Shown: positions 1 to 9,676 of the stretch, piece by piece
Position numbering within the stretch: position 1 is the stretch's first letter
Layout of the letters: every line of letters begins with the position of its first letter
The notes under the pieces: generated by a model
What the model was told of the DNA's origin: nothing
The model's database searches: none
Seen by the model: the letters and a program-made list of their open reading frames with translations, nothing else
Position numbers and translations under genes: made by a program
Source: Kineococcus radiotolerans SRS30216 = ATCC BAA-149
GTDB lineage: Bacteria; Actinomycetota; Actinomycetes; Actinomycetales; Kineococcaceae
Assembly: GCF_000017305.1 (NCBI RefSeq)
Contig: NC_009664.2
Location: 4,530,001 to 4,562,000, forward strand
Reading direction: 5' to 3'
Length of the DNA stretch: 32,000 nt

Positions 1-784
1 CGGCGGTGAGCACGACGGAGGCGTCGAAGCCGCTGCCGGCCAGGTGCTTGATGGCGTAGACGATCGGGACGATGGTCAGCACCGACAGGGCCGCGGAGGG
101 CAAGTCGATGCGGTTGCCGGCCGGGTTGCGCGATTCGGGCAGCAGGGCGATACCGGCGATCAGGACGATGAGCATGACGGGGACGTTGAGCAAGAAGACC
201 GAGCCCCACCAGAAGTGCTCCAGCAGTGCCCCACCGATGAGGGGGCCGATGGCCGCGCCGCCGGTGGCGCCGGCGGCCCAGACCGCGACGGCGGTGGCGC
301 GCTGGCGGGGGTCATCGAAGAGGTTGCGCAGGATCGACAGGGTCGAGGGCATGATCATCGCGCCGAAGAAGCCGAGGAAGGCGCGGGCGGCGATGAGCAG
401 TTCGGGGTTGGGGGCGAAGGCACCCAGGGTGGAGCTGAGGCCGAAGCCGACGCTGCCGATGAGCAGCAGGCGTTTGCGCCCGACGCGGTCGGCGACGTTG
501 CCCATCGTCACCAGCAGTCCGGCGATCATGAAGGAGTAGATGTCGCCGGTCCACAGGATCTGGGTGCCGCTGGGGTTCAGGTCAGCGGTCAAGGCGGGGA
601 TGGCCAAGGCCAGGACGGTGCCGTCGACGGCGAGGAGCACCACGGCCAGAGTGAGGACGATCAGGGCCAGCCAGGCGCGCTTGCCGGCGCGGGCGGGACC
701 GGCGCCGGTGGTGACGCCGATGACGCCGGTGGGGCCGGCAGTGCCAGTCGGGCCGGTGGGGCCGGCGGGAGGAGTCGTGGTCAC
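1..784 (-). CDS. MFS transporter (DHA2/EmrB-QacA-like), N-terminal part; 3' end lies beyond the window
   Basis: Absent from the ORF track because it runs off the edge. Reverse-strand translation from the GTG at comp(782-784) gives VTTTPPAGPTG...KRAWLALIVLTLAVVLLAVDGTVLALAIPALTADL...MGNVADRVGRKRLLLIGSVGFGLSS...FLGFFGAMIMPSTLSILRNLF...WAAGATGGAAIGPLIGGALLEHFWWGSVFLLNVP. This is a typical MFS TM1-TM6 layout with the D-R-x-G-R-K loop. The + strand ORFs 44..850 and 72..539 are G/D/R-rich antisense artefacts. Confidence 0.8.
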   Translation of the reverse strand, partial: MTTTPPAGPTGPTGTAGPTGVIGVTTGAGPARAGKRAWLALIVLTLAVVLLAVDGTVLALAIPALTADLNPSGTQILWTGDIYSFMIAGLLVTMGNVADRVGRKRLLLIGSVGFGLSSTLGAFAPNPELLIAARAFLGFFGAMIMPSTLSILRNLFDDPRQRATAVAVWAAGATGGAAIGPLIGGALLEHFWWGSVFLLNVPVMLIVLIAGIALLPESRNPAGNRIDLPSAALSVLTIVPIVYAIKHLAGSGFDASVVLTA

Positions 785-958
785 CTGACCACCATATACG
801 TTTTAGTCGGTACAACAAGCCGATCGGTCAGTTGGGGTCCGAAAGAGTGACCAGCGAGGAGCTTCGCTGGGGCTGGGGCTGGGGCTGATGCAGCGGGGCA
901 GGTCATCGCTCTCCAGGTCGTGCCTCTGGTGCTGCGCAACGGGGATCGATGTCTGAGA

Positions 959-2332
959 TCAGTGTCTGGGGTCCTGGCTGGGGCCGTCCTGGCTGGGGCC
1001 GTCCTGAGCGGCGGCCTCCGAGGCGGCGGGTGAGGCGGCGGGTGAGGCGGCGGGTGAGGCGGGTCGCGGCGCTCGGGTCAGGCGCTGGATGAGGGGGTTC
1101 GCCAGGGGGCCGTGCAGGAGCACGCTGCCCAGCAGGGTCAGCACCGTGATGAGCAAGACGGTGTCGGCCACCACCCCGGTCAAGGAGTTGTAGGCCAGCA
1201 GACCGAAGACGATGGACGTCGTCCCTCGCGCCCCCAGCACCCCCAGCAGCACCCGTTCACGACCCGGCATCCCAGAGCGCGCGGTGCCGACCCACACCGG
1301 CAGCAGACGCACGAGCGTCAGGGCCACCAGCGTGAAGAGCAGCACCGGCCACGGCACGCCCCCGGCGAAGGCGAGCACGCAGGCGCTGCCCACCAGGAAC
1401 CACACCGCCATCACCGCCAAGCCGGTCACGTCGTGCAGGAAACGGAAGTCCTCCTCCCGGGTGAGCAGGAGCTGCTGGCGCTCGCCGTCTGGCCGTGTCC
1501 TAGCGGCCAGGGCTGCTACGACGCGGTGCACGTTGGCGAAGACGGCCCCGGCCACGAAGGAGGCGACGAAGCCGTTGCCGTTCCAGGCCAGCGTCACGGC
1601 GTACGTCAGCAGCGGGGCCATCAGCACCAACATCCGCCGCGCCGAGGCGTCCACCCAGCCGCGGGCGGCGGCCGCGTGCAAGCCGCCAGCCAACGCGGCG
1701 CCGACGACCACCCCCACCACCAGAGCCTTCAGGGCGTACGGCAGCGCGGTGGCCAGCCCACCGAGAGGGTCCTCCTGACCGCGCGGTCCAACGGCCAGGG
1801 CGATCGCGAAGAGGAACAGCGGGGAGATAAGAGCGTCGTTGTAGCCGCTCTCCAGGTTCAGTGTCGTCCGCACCCGGCTGCTCAGCCGCGTGTGCTTCAG
1901 CAGACGTTCGGCGGCGGCGAAGTCGGTGGGGACCACGATGCAGGCGATCACCAGCAGGACCGGCCACGTCAAGCCGCCCTGGGCCCCAGGGCCGCCGAGC
2001 AGAGGCACACCCAAGGCCACCGTCAGTCCGATGCTCAGGGGCATCGCCAGCAGCAGGACCCGTGCCAGCAGTCGGGGATGAGACCCGAAGAGTCGTCCCC
2101 CGCGCACCATCGTGGCGTCGGAGAACAGCAGCAGCGCCAAGACGACTTCGACCACGTGCTGAGCCACGGTGGTGTTCAGCGCCTCGACGGCCGAGCCTGA
2201 CGTCAGCAGCGGCGCCAGTGCCCCCATCACCAGCATCGCCGTCGCGGGGCCGGCCAGCCAGCGGTCCAGCACTCGCGCCAGCAGCGAGCGCACGATGATC
2301 GCGCCCGCGATCATCGCCAGGGTCAGCGTCAC
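959..2332 (-). CDS. cation:proton antiporter (Na+/H+ exchanger, CPA1/NhaP-like)
   Basis: 457-aa polytopic membrane ORF containing LNLESGYNDALISPLF (the exchanger ES..ND motif region) and many TM helices. The C-terminal tail is low complexity (PAAS x3, QDGPS x2) and is encoded by short tandem DNA repeats at 965-1065. Confidence 0.8.
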   Translation of the reverse strand: MTLTLAMIAGAIIVRSLLARVLDRWLAGPATAMLVMGALAPLLTSGSAVEALNTTVAQHVVEVVLALLLFSDATMVRGGRLFGSHPRLLARVLLLAMPLSIGLTVALGVPLLGGPGAQGGLTWPVLLVIACIVVPTDFAAAERLLKHTRLSSRVRTTLNLESGYNDALISPLFLFAIALAVGPRGQEDPLGGLATALPYALKALVVGVVVGAALAGGLHAAAARGWVDASARRMLVLMAPLLTYAVTLAWNGNGFVASFVAGAVFANVHRVVAALAARTRPDGERQQLLLTREEDFRFLHDVTGLAVMAVWFLVGSACVLAFAGGVPWPVLLFTLVALTLVRLLPVWVGTARSGMPGRERVLLGVLGARGTTSIVFGLLAYNSLTGVVADTVLLITVLTLLGSVLLHGPLANPLIQRLTRAPRPASPAASPAASPAASEAAAQDGPSQDGPSQDPRH

Positions 2333-2930
2333 CGTCCGGCCTCACCGGTATCGGCGGCGGCGGCGGAGGAGGCGGAGGAGGCGGCGGTATCGGTATCGGC
2401 GTCGGTGCCGTTCTCGGCTGTGGTCGGGGCCAGCCTGCTGCTCGCTTGCACTCGCCTCACGTACGTCACGCGTCCTCCATCACCTGGTCACGAGCCAGTC
2501 ATGGGCTCGAACATCCACCTTACAGACTATATGGTCGGCAAAACAGACCGCGTAGACTTCTCGTGCGTACGCTGCCAGTCCACTGCGCACGACGTCCGTT
2601 CTTCCCATCGGCGCCTCAGAGAGCGACCCCAACCGTGATCTCCCTCCACCGCACCTGCGGACCGTTGCCCCCTCAGGCGCCGTCCGTTCCGGCACCGCTC
2701 GTTCAGCCGTCCGTTCAGACGTCGCTACCGCAGACTCTGAGGCTTCTCGCGCAGCCCACGGATGCTGGCCGACCATCGAAAAGCTGCGCCCGCCCCGCCG
2801 CCTTGCGGGCGGTCGCTTTCCGGGCAGTTGCCTTCCAGGCAGTCGCCTCCCAAGCAGTTGAGGAGCGGGTTGTCGCCCGAGGTGCCTCCCGTATTCGCGC
2901 TGAGCATGACCGCGCCAGCGGAGGTCGCTC

Positions 2931-4715
2931 GTGACGGGGGCGGTGACTGGGGCGACGGACCGGTCGATGGAGCCGTCGATGGAGCCGTCGACGGGGCGGT
3001 CGACGGAGCAGTCGTTCGAGGGGTCGATGAGGCGTTCGCCGTCACTGGTCGCCCGGGCTGCCACAGCCATCACGCTGCTCTACTCCGCCTTCGGCGTCAT
3101 GTCGATCTTGCTGGCCTTGACCCCGGCGGTGCGCGCTGTGGCCGAGCAGGTCGACTTCGAGCGCAACGCGTGGGTCTACGTCCTGGGCTGGCCCAGCTTC
3201 GGATACGGCACCCTCCTGCTGCTGCTGGCCCGCTCCCTGCGCAAGCGCAAGCGGGCCGCCTGGCGGGTCCTGGCCGCCGTCGTCACCCTCAACACCCTCG
3301 GCGCCGTGGCCCTGGTGCTCACCTACCGCAACGCCCAGGCGTGGGCGGTGCTGGCCGTCTTCGTCCTGCTGCTGGCGGTGGTGCTCTACGCCCAGCCCGC
3401 GTTCACCGTACTGGGGGACCCGAAGAACCTGCGTGCGGCGGTGAGGGTGCTGGCGGTGCTGCTGGGGGTGTGCCTGCTGCTGGGCAGCACGCTCGTGACG
3501 GTCCTGGACGCCTCCCACGCCGGGTACCTGCAGCACCTGGCCTACACCTTCACCGCCGCGCTGACCTCGGTGGAGCTGTTCGAACCCGGACCGCTCACGC
3601 TGCAGTTGCCGCACTGGGTCGGTGTGCTGCTCAACACCATCGGCACCCTCGCCCTGCTGGGAGCCGGCTGGGCCCTGTTCGGGCCCCGCCGCGATCAGCG
3701 CGCCCACACCGCGGCCGACGACGCCGCCCTGCGCCGGCTGCTGGCTACGGCCGGCCCCCAAGACTCCCTGGGCTACTTCGCCCTGCGCCCGGACAAGTCG
3801 CTCGTCTTCTCCGCCAGCGGCAAGGCGGCCATCGCCTACCGCACCATCGGCGACGTCTGCTTGGCCAGCGGTGACCCGCTGGGGCACTCCTCGGCCTGGC
3901 CGGAGGTCATCGAGGCGTGGAGGATGCTGCTGCGCGAGCACGGCTGGATCCCCGCCGTCCTGGGCGCCTCCGAACGCGGCGCCCAGGCCTACGCCACCGC
4001 GGGCCTAGACGCCCTGGAACTGGGCGATGAAGCAGTAGTGGACACCACCACCTTCTCCCTGGAAGGCCGCGCGGTGCGCAGCCTGCGCCAGGCCGTCAAC
4101 CGCGTCGCCCGCACGGGGATGAGCGTCCGGCTGCGCCGGCAAGGTGACGTAGCCCCCGCTGAGCTGGTTCGGCTGGCCGAGCTCGCCGAGCACTGGCGAG
4201 CCGGTGAGGTCGAGCGGGGCTTCTCCATGGCGTTGGGCCGGGTGGGCGAGCCCGGTGACGACGACCTGCTGATCGCCGAGTGCCTCGACGCGCAGGGTCG
4301 TAGCTGCGCCTTGCTGACCTTCGTGCCCTGGGGGAGGGACGGCTTGTCGCTGGATCTGATGCGCCGGGACCGTGACGTGGAGCTCAACGGCCTGACCGAG
4401 TTCGCCGTGACCTCGGTCCTGACCCATGCCCCAGAACTCGGCGTCCAGCGAGTGTCGCTGAACTTCGCCGTTTTCCGCACCGCCTTCGACCGCGGTGGCC
4501 GGCTAGGCGCCGGCCCCGTCCTGCGGCTGTGGCGGCGAGTGCTCACCTTCGGGTCCCGGTGGTGGCAGCTGGAGTCCCTGTACCGGGCCAACGTGAAGTA
4601 CCAGCCGCAGTGGACCCCCCGCTTCCTGTGCTTCGCCAGTGCCCGCGACGTCCCCAAGATCGGCATTGCCGCGGCCCGCGCGGAAGGCTTCCTCCCCTCC
4701 AAGCTACCCGGCTGA
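2931..4715 (+). CDS. MprF/LysX-type phosphatidylglycerol lysyltransferase-domain (DUF2156) membrane protein
   Basis: N-terminal TM helices are followed by LGYFALRPDKSLVFSASGKAAIAYRTIGDVCLASGDPLG...FSMALGR...LTFVPWGRDGLSLDLMRR...EFAV...VSLNFAVFR...RANVKYQPQW.PRFLCF, the typical DUF2156/MprF C-terminal synthase domain. The start is uncertain: GTG 2931 (in the track) or ATG 3027, which has GAGGGG just upstream. Confidence 0.75.
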   Translation: MTGAVTGATDRSMEPSMEPSTGRSTEQSFEGSMRRSPSLVARAATAITLLYSAFGVMSILLALTPAVRAVAEQVDFERNAWVYVLGWPSFGYGTLLLLLARSLRKRKRAAWRVLAAVVTLNTLGAVALVLTYRNAQAWAVLAVFVLLLAVVLYAQPAFTVLGDPKNLRAAVRVLAVLLGVCLLLGSTLVTVLDASHAGYLQHLAYTFTAALTSVELFEPGPLTLQLPHWVGVLLNTIGTLALLGAGWALFGPRRDQRAHTAADDAALRRLLATAGPQDSLGYFALRPDKSLVFSASGKAAIAYRTIGDVCLASGDPLGHSSAWPEVIEAWRMLLREHGWIPAVLGASERGAQAYATAGLDALELGDEAVVDTTTFSLEGRAVRSLRQAVNRVARTGMSVRLRRQGDVAPAELVRLAELAEHWRAGEVERGFSMALGRVGEPGDDDLLIAECLDAQGRSCALLTFVPWGRDGLSLDLMRRDRDVELNGLTEFAVTSVLTHAPELGVQRVSLNFAVFRTAFDRGGRLGAGPVLRLWRRVLTFGSRWWQLESLYRANVKYQPQWTPRFLCFASARDVPKIGIAAARAEGFLPSKLPG

Positions 4716-4903
4716 CCGGTGGCCCGCCCCCACGCAGACCGTCGACAGCCCTTGCGGCCATGAGCTGTCGAAGCCTGTTCGTGCTCACATGAACCACTGC
4801 CTCGAAGGAGAACCGGACATGCTCATCGATCGCCGAGAACCCCGCCGGATCCGAGGAGAACAGCCATCACCCGCCTGGACCGGGAGAGGTCGGGTGCGAC
4901 GAC

Positions 4904-5560
4904 ATGGGTGATCTGCTCTCCCCGGACCGGTTGCTGACCACCTTCGGCGCCTTCGGCATCTTTGTCGTCCTCTTCGCCGAGACGGGCCTGCTCATCGGCT
5001 TCTTCCTGCCCGGGGACACCTTGTTGATCGCGGCCGGTCTGCTGGCCGCGACCCCGGTCACCGCTGCGGTGCACCTGGATCTGGGGGCGGTGCTGGTGGG
5101 GGCGGTCGCCGGGGCCCTGATCGGCGCGCAAGTCGGTTACCACATCGGGCGCCGGTTCGGTCCCGGGTTGCTGCAGCGACCGGAGGGTTCACGCATCGGC
5201 GCGGGCATGCGCCGCTCTCAGGACCTGCTGGAGCGTTTCGGTCCGGGCAAGGCCATCGTGCTGGCCCGGTTCGTCCCTGTGGCCCGCACCCTGATGAACC
5301 CCCTGGCCGGAGCCACCGGTGTGCCGGCGCGCCGGTTCCTGCTGTGGCAGGCAGCCGGCGGGGTGCTGTGGACCGTAGGCATCATCCTGCTCGGCTACTT
5401 CCTCGGTGCCACCGTCCCGAACATCGAGGTCTACCTCATCCCGGCCTTGATCCTCATCACCGTAGCCAGCGTGTTGCCCCTGGTTGTGCGCTCGATGCGG
5501 CAACGCCGCACCACCGAGAGGCAGCAGGCGAACACCGACCAGACCGACGTCCTCAGCTGA
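4904..5560 (+). CDS. DedA/VTT-domain family membrane protein
   Basis: 218 aa containing FGAFGIFVVLFAETGLLIGFFLPGDTLLIAAG...GKAIVLARFVPVARTLMNPLAGATGVPARRFLLW, the DedA signature. Confidence 0.85.
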   Translation: MGDLLSPDRLLTTFGAFGIFVVLFAETGLLIGFFLPGDTLLIAAGLLAATPVTAAVHLDLGAVLVGAVAGALIGAQVGYHIGRRFGPGLLQRPEGSRIGAGMRRSQDLLERFGPGKAIVLARFVPVARTLMNPLAGATGVPARRFLLWQAAGGVLWTVGIILLGYFLGATVPNIEVYLIPALILITVASVLPLVVRSMRQRRTTERQQANTDQTDVLS

Positions 5561-6261
5561 CCCCGGCTAAGTCGTGACCGTGCCCAGGACCCGCTCCGCA
5601 GGATGGGCATCGAGAGGGAGGAACTGGTGACGCACCAGCGACTGCGCGTCAAAGCTTGGCGTCTGCCCGGAGACACGCACAGGACGCGGATCCCGCTCAA
5701 GCTGATCCGCCTCGCCGCTGTCCGCGCCCTGTTGCGCACGGGGCTGCGACACCTTAGTGCGCCGGACATTACCCGCGAAGTACTCGCCATCACCGGGACT
5801 CGCACGAAGCGACGGCCCTGAATGCCAGCCGCGTCATCAGCCGCGGCGTCAGCAACGGTGTCATCAGCCGTGTCGTCGGTCGCGTCACCACTCGAGGCAC
5901 AGCATGCGGCGCCTGAGCGTCCTGGGCCTGAGCGTTCTACATCGCAAGGTTCTGTGCTCGACGGTTCGGCGGCGGGTGGAGCCGGTGCGGGGTGTCCAGG
6001 GATGGAGCACCGCGTGCAGATCACGCGACTGCAGTCGGTCGTGGACCGGCCGGAGAAGGCCTCTGATCCACTTTCAGACCATCCGTGCTTTACAGCCGAC
6101 CGATCGGTACGTAAGGTGGTGCTCAATAGCCAAGGGGCCCGTCGCACGCCGCAGTCACCCACACGTCACGCGACTCCCCTCACCGACCTTCAGCCGCCGT
6201 CCCCCGCGCTACCGAGCCAACTGGGGTAGCGGCGCAAGATCACGATGAACGGAGCACGACC

Positions 6262-7641
6262 ATGAGCAGTGCCATCACCCGATCCGTCGACCGATCTGTC
6301 GACGTCGTCGTCGTGGGCGCCGGCCTCGCCGGTTTGGCCGCCGCCGACCAGCTCGTTCAGGCCGGCCACGACGTCGTCATCGTCGAGGGTCGTGACCGTA
6401 TCGGCGGCCGGATCCACACCACCGAGGTCGCCGGCGTCCCCGTCGACGCCGGCGCGACCTGGGTCGGCCCGCACCACACCGAAGTGCGCGACCTCGCCAG
6501 CCGGCTCGGCGTCCAACTCGTGCCCCAGTTCCACACGGGCAAAGGATTGCTGTCCTTCAACGGGCGCCGCCGCGTCGAAAGCGCCACAGCCATGGCGCCG
6601 TGGGTTGTGCTCGACCTGACGCGGATCCTGGGCGCCCTGCAGAAGCTGGCCGACAGCCTGTCCGTCGAGGCGCCCTGGAAGCACCCGGATGCCGAGAAGC
6701 TGGACTCGGTATCCCTGGGGGAGTGGCTGACGTCCAAGCTGGCGCTCAAGGGCACCCGAAAGTTCGTGAACATGATCAGCCTGGTGCATTGGGGGGCGCC
6801 GGTCGGCGACGTCTCCCTGTTCAACGTGCTGCGCTACATCAAGACCCTCGGCAGTCTCGACATCATGCTCAGCGTCGAGGGCGGTGACCAGCAGGACCGC
6901 ATCCTCGGCACAGCCCACGGACTGGTCAGCCGTTACGCCGAGGCCGTGGACGCGCCGATCCTGCTCAACTCCCCGGTGCAGCGCATCACCACCGCCGCAG
7001 AGCGCGTCACGGTCCACACCGCCGAGGGCATGATCGAGGCCCGCTACGTGATCATGACCGCTTCACCCATGCACCGCGCCCAGATCGAGTTCTCCCCGGC
7101 GCTGCCCGAGCAGCACTACGGCCTGTCCCGCAGTTGGCGGCTAGGTTCGCTGAGCAAGGCGTTCGTCGCCTACGACCGCCCCTTCTGGCGCAGCGAGGGC
7201 CTCTCGGCAGAGTCCGTCTCCGATGACGACACCGTCTTCCTCACCTTCGACGTCAGCCCTTCGCCCGAGGGTCCTGGGATTCTCATGGTCTTCTGCGACG
7301 GGCGCCGGTTCGACGGTTTCGAGGAGCCCGAACGGCGCCGTCGCGTCCTCGAGCAGGTCGTCCACCTGTACGGGGAGCGAGCCCGGCACCCCCTCGACTA
7401 CACCGACTTCTCCTGGGGCAATGACTCCTTCGCTGCCGGTGGACCCAACCCCGCGGTCGCGCCGAAGGCGTGGACCTCCTTCGGGCGGTACCTGCGCGAG
7501 CCGGTCGGACTGGTGCACTGGGCCGGCAGCGAGACTGCCGACGCCTTCAGCGGAACCATGAACGGCGCCCTCCTGTCGGGACAGCGCGCAGCACGCGAGG
7601 TCACCACCCGGCTGGCGACGGAGGCAGCCACCAGCCAGTGA
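6262..7641 (+). CDS. flavin-containing amine oxidase (monoamine/putrescine oxidase-like)
   Basis: The N-terminus VVVVGAGLAGLAAADQLVQAGHDVVIVEGRDRIGGRIHT is a GxGxxG FAD fold with the amine-oxidase R-x-GGR motif. The C-terminus reads VHWAGSETADAFSGTMNGALLSGQRAA. A GGAG lies 7 nt before the ATG. Confidence 0.85.
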   Translation: MSSAITRSVDRSVDVVVVGAGLAGLAAADQLVQAGHDVVIVEGRDRIGGRIHTTEVAGVPVDAGATWVGPHHTEVRDLASRLGVQLVPQFHTGKGLLSFNGRRRVESATAMAPWVVLDLTRILGALQKLADSLSVEAPWKHPDAEKLDSVSLGEWLTSKLALKGTRKFVNMISLVHWGAPVGDVSLFNVLRYIKTLGSLDIMLSVEGGDQQDRILGTAHGLVSRYAEAVDAPILLNSPVQRITTAAERVTVHTAEGMIEARYVIMTASPMHRAQIEFSPALPEQHYGLSRSWRLGSLSKAFVAYDRPFWRSEGLSAESVSDDDTVFLTFDVSPSPEGPGILMVFCDGRRFDGFEEPERRRRVLEQVVHLYGERARHPLDYTDFSWGNDSFAAGGPNPAVAPKAWTSFGRYLREPVGLVHWAGSETADAFSGTMNGALLSGQRAAREVTTRLATEAATSQ

Positions 7642-7875
7642 GGAGCAGAGCTGTCGTTCCCCCATGTGGTGACGGTCCTGCGGTGACGGTCTCCCCATGG
7701 TGGGGCCTGCCCTGACCCGCCCGGTCGACCCCGGGGATCCGATCTTTCCAGTCTCCTCCCCGCCCTTCTCCTCGCCGTTCTCCCCGCCGTCGCCCCTGTC
7801 CCCGTCGACGGTGAGCGCCGTTCCCGGCGGGGGACGACACCACATCAACCCGACCAAGCACCCAAGGAGCCTTTC

Positions 7876-8997
7876 GTGAAGATCCTCGTCGTGGGAGCCG
7901 GCCTGGCCGGATGCACCACCGCCCTGCACCTACGACGCAGCGGACACGACGTGACGGTGGTCGACGCCATCACCGAGCCCTACCGCGGCGGGTACATGCT
8001 GCAGCTGGACCAAAGCGCCCAACGGTTCATGCAAGACCTGGAACTGGGGGACTTGATGGAGAAGTTCTCCGTACCCGCTCCGGACATCGCCGTGCTGCGC
8101 ACAAGTGCGCGCGGACACAAAACCATGACCACCCTCGACCCCAAGGGGTACCGCCTGGTGCGTCGCGGTGACCTGATCGGCGCGATCGGTGAGCGTACTG
8201 CCGCTGAAGTCCCCTTGCGCCTGGGCCGGGAACTGGCCGGCATCGAGCAGCACCTCGATCACATCGTCGCACACTTCGCTAACGGAGACGCCCAGCGCTA
8301 CGACCTGCTGCTGGGTGCCGACGGGGTGCGTTCGACTGTGCGCCGTCTCACCCTGGGTCCGGACGAGGAGTTCGTCTACGACAACGGCTGGACCAACGTC
8401 TGGGTCAACGTCCCCCTTGAGGCACTGGGGCAGGACCGGTCCGAGATCTACTACGGCAAAGGCATGGGTGCCTACTTCTTTCCCTATCCCGACGGGGACC
8501 AGGCCTTGTTCCTCGCCGTCATGCCCACCGGCTCGCGCCCGGTGCACACCAGCGATCTGATCGCCGAGGTGCGCCACCGCATGAACGTCGGATCGCGGGG
8601 ATTCCTGATCGCCTCCGCTCTGGCCGACGCCGATCTCGACGCCGTGCGGTTGACCCGGTTCGCGCAGGTGCGGATGCCCCGCTGGCACGCTGGCCGCGTC
8701 GTACTGGTCGGGGATGCCGCCTACTGCGTCGACCCCCTGTCTGGGGTGGGGACTACCGCGAGCTTGTTGGGCGCTGCCCGTCTGAGCCAGGCGGTAAACA
8801 CGCACGGTGCAGATGTCAACGCTGCTGCGCGTGAGTACACCGCCCGTGTAGCGCCTCGCGTCAGGCTCTGGCAGCACACGACAGCAGGTCTCCTGGAGTC
8901 GGTCACTGGCTCGAGAGCGAGTCAGCGCCTCCAGGGGACCTCGCAGCTGGCCCACATTGTCACTGACCTGACGCGCGTCGGCTTGGGCCGACGCTGA
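7876..8997 (+). CDS. FAD-dependent monooxygenase (UbiH/PheA/TetX-type fold)
   Basis: MKILVVGAGLAGCTTALHLRRSGHDVTVVDA (GxGxxG), GADGVRSTVRR (DG motif) and VLVGDAAYCVDPLSGVGTTASLLGA (GD motif). An AAGGAG lies 7 nt upstream of the GTG. Confidence 0.8.
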   Translation: MKILVVGAGLAGCTTALHLRRSGHDVTVVDAITEPYRGGYMLQLDQSAQRFMQDLELGDLMEKFSVPAPDIAVLRTSARGHKTMTTLDPKGYRLVRRGDLIGAIGERTAAEVPLRLGRELAGIEQHLDHIVAHFANGDAQRYDLLLGADGVRSTVRRLTLGPDEEFVYDNGWTNVWVNVPLEALGQDRSEIYYGKGMGAYFFPYPDGDQALFLAVMPTGSRPVHTSDLIAEVRHRMNVGSRGFLIASALADADLDAVRLTRFAQVRMPRWHAGRVVLVGDAAYCVDPLSGVGTTASLLGAARLSQAVNTHGADVNAAAREYTARVAPRVRLWQHTTAGLLESVTGSRASQRLQGTSQLAHIVTDLTRVGLGRR

Positions 8998-9620
8998 CTG
9001 GGCAGCCCCTACGGGCAGAGTCCAGCTCATGGACGGTCTGTGGGGTCTGCGGCGCGGAGAGCGCGGCGCGGGACGGCTGATCCTCCAGCGGCTTTCAAGC
9101 TGACGAAACCTCGGGGCCGCGGGCCGCGGGCCGCTGCGGGGTGATGTCGGTGACTAGCCCAAGATCACGCTGATTTGTCAAGCAGCGCTCTGCGTGGGTG
9201 GCGGCGTGCGATGGCCCGTCGTGAGCCGCATTGGGTCGTGGTCGGCCGGCCGGCGCAGGACCGATGGCTGGCGCGGCGCGTCAGCTCGCCGCAGGTGCCG
9301 CAGGTGCCGCAGGTGCCCAGGCGACGGTGCGGGGCGACGGTGCTGCGGGGGTGCGGCGGGGGCGCTGCACGGGTCGGGAGAGGTGGTGGCCAGGCGGCTT
9401 GGGGCTCGCGGGTGTGGATGAGGGTGGCCGCCTGCAGGAGGGGGCGAGGTCGAGGTCGCAGGTGTCGCAGAGATGGTGCAGGTCGGTGGGCTGTTCGAGG
9501 AGGACTTGCTGCACGTCGTGGAGGTGGTTGAGCTGGGCGCAGCGCGCTTGAGGTGTCGTGCAGGAGCCGCCGCGTTCGGCGCTTGAGCCGGGGAGTCGGA
9601 GGTCGACCGACGCGCGTCGG

Positions 9621-9676
9621 TGATTTAGGAGTAAACTACACTCTGTACCGATAATCGTCGAGGAGAGGAGACTGCC
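9621..9676 (+). promoter_or_regulatory. AT-richer patch with -10-like hexamers and a strong RBS upstream of the alcohol dehydrogenase gene
   Basis: tgatttaggagtaaactacactctgtaccgataatcgtcgaggagaggagactgcc stands out against the ~70% GC surroundings. It contains TAAACT (9632-9637), GATAAT (9650-9655) and GAGGAGAGGAG just before GTG 9677. Confidence 0.3.

Noticed and set aside
44-850. A 268-aa + strand ORF (and 72..539) overlapping the start of the window
   Set aside because: Its G/D/E/R/Q-rich composition is typical of antisense frames in high-GC DNA. The minus strand gives a clean MFS transporter sequence.
1112-2345. Several long ORFs (1112..2200 +, 1212..1778 +, 1500..2345 -) inside the antiporter gene
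   Set aside because: They are Arg/His/Gly/Pro-rich with no TM or domain logic. They are overlapping-frame artefacts of the 959..2332 membrane gene.
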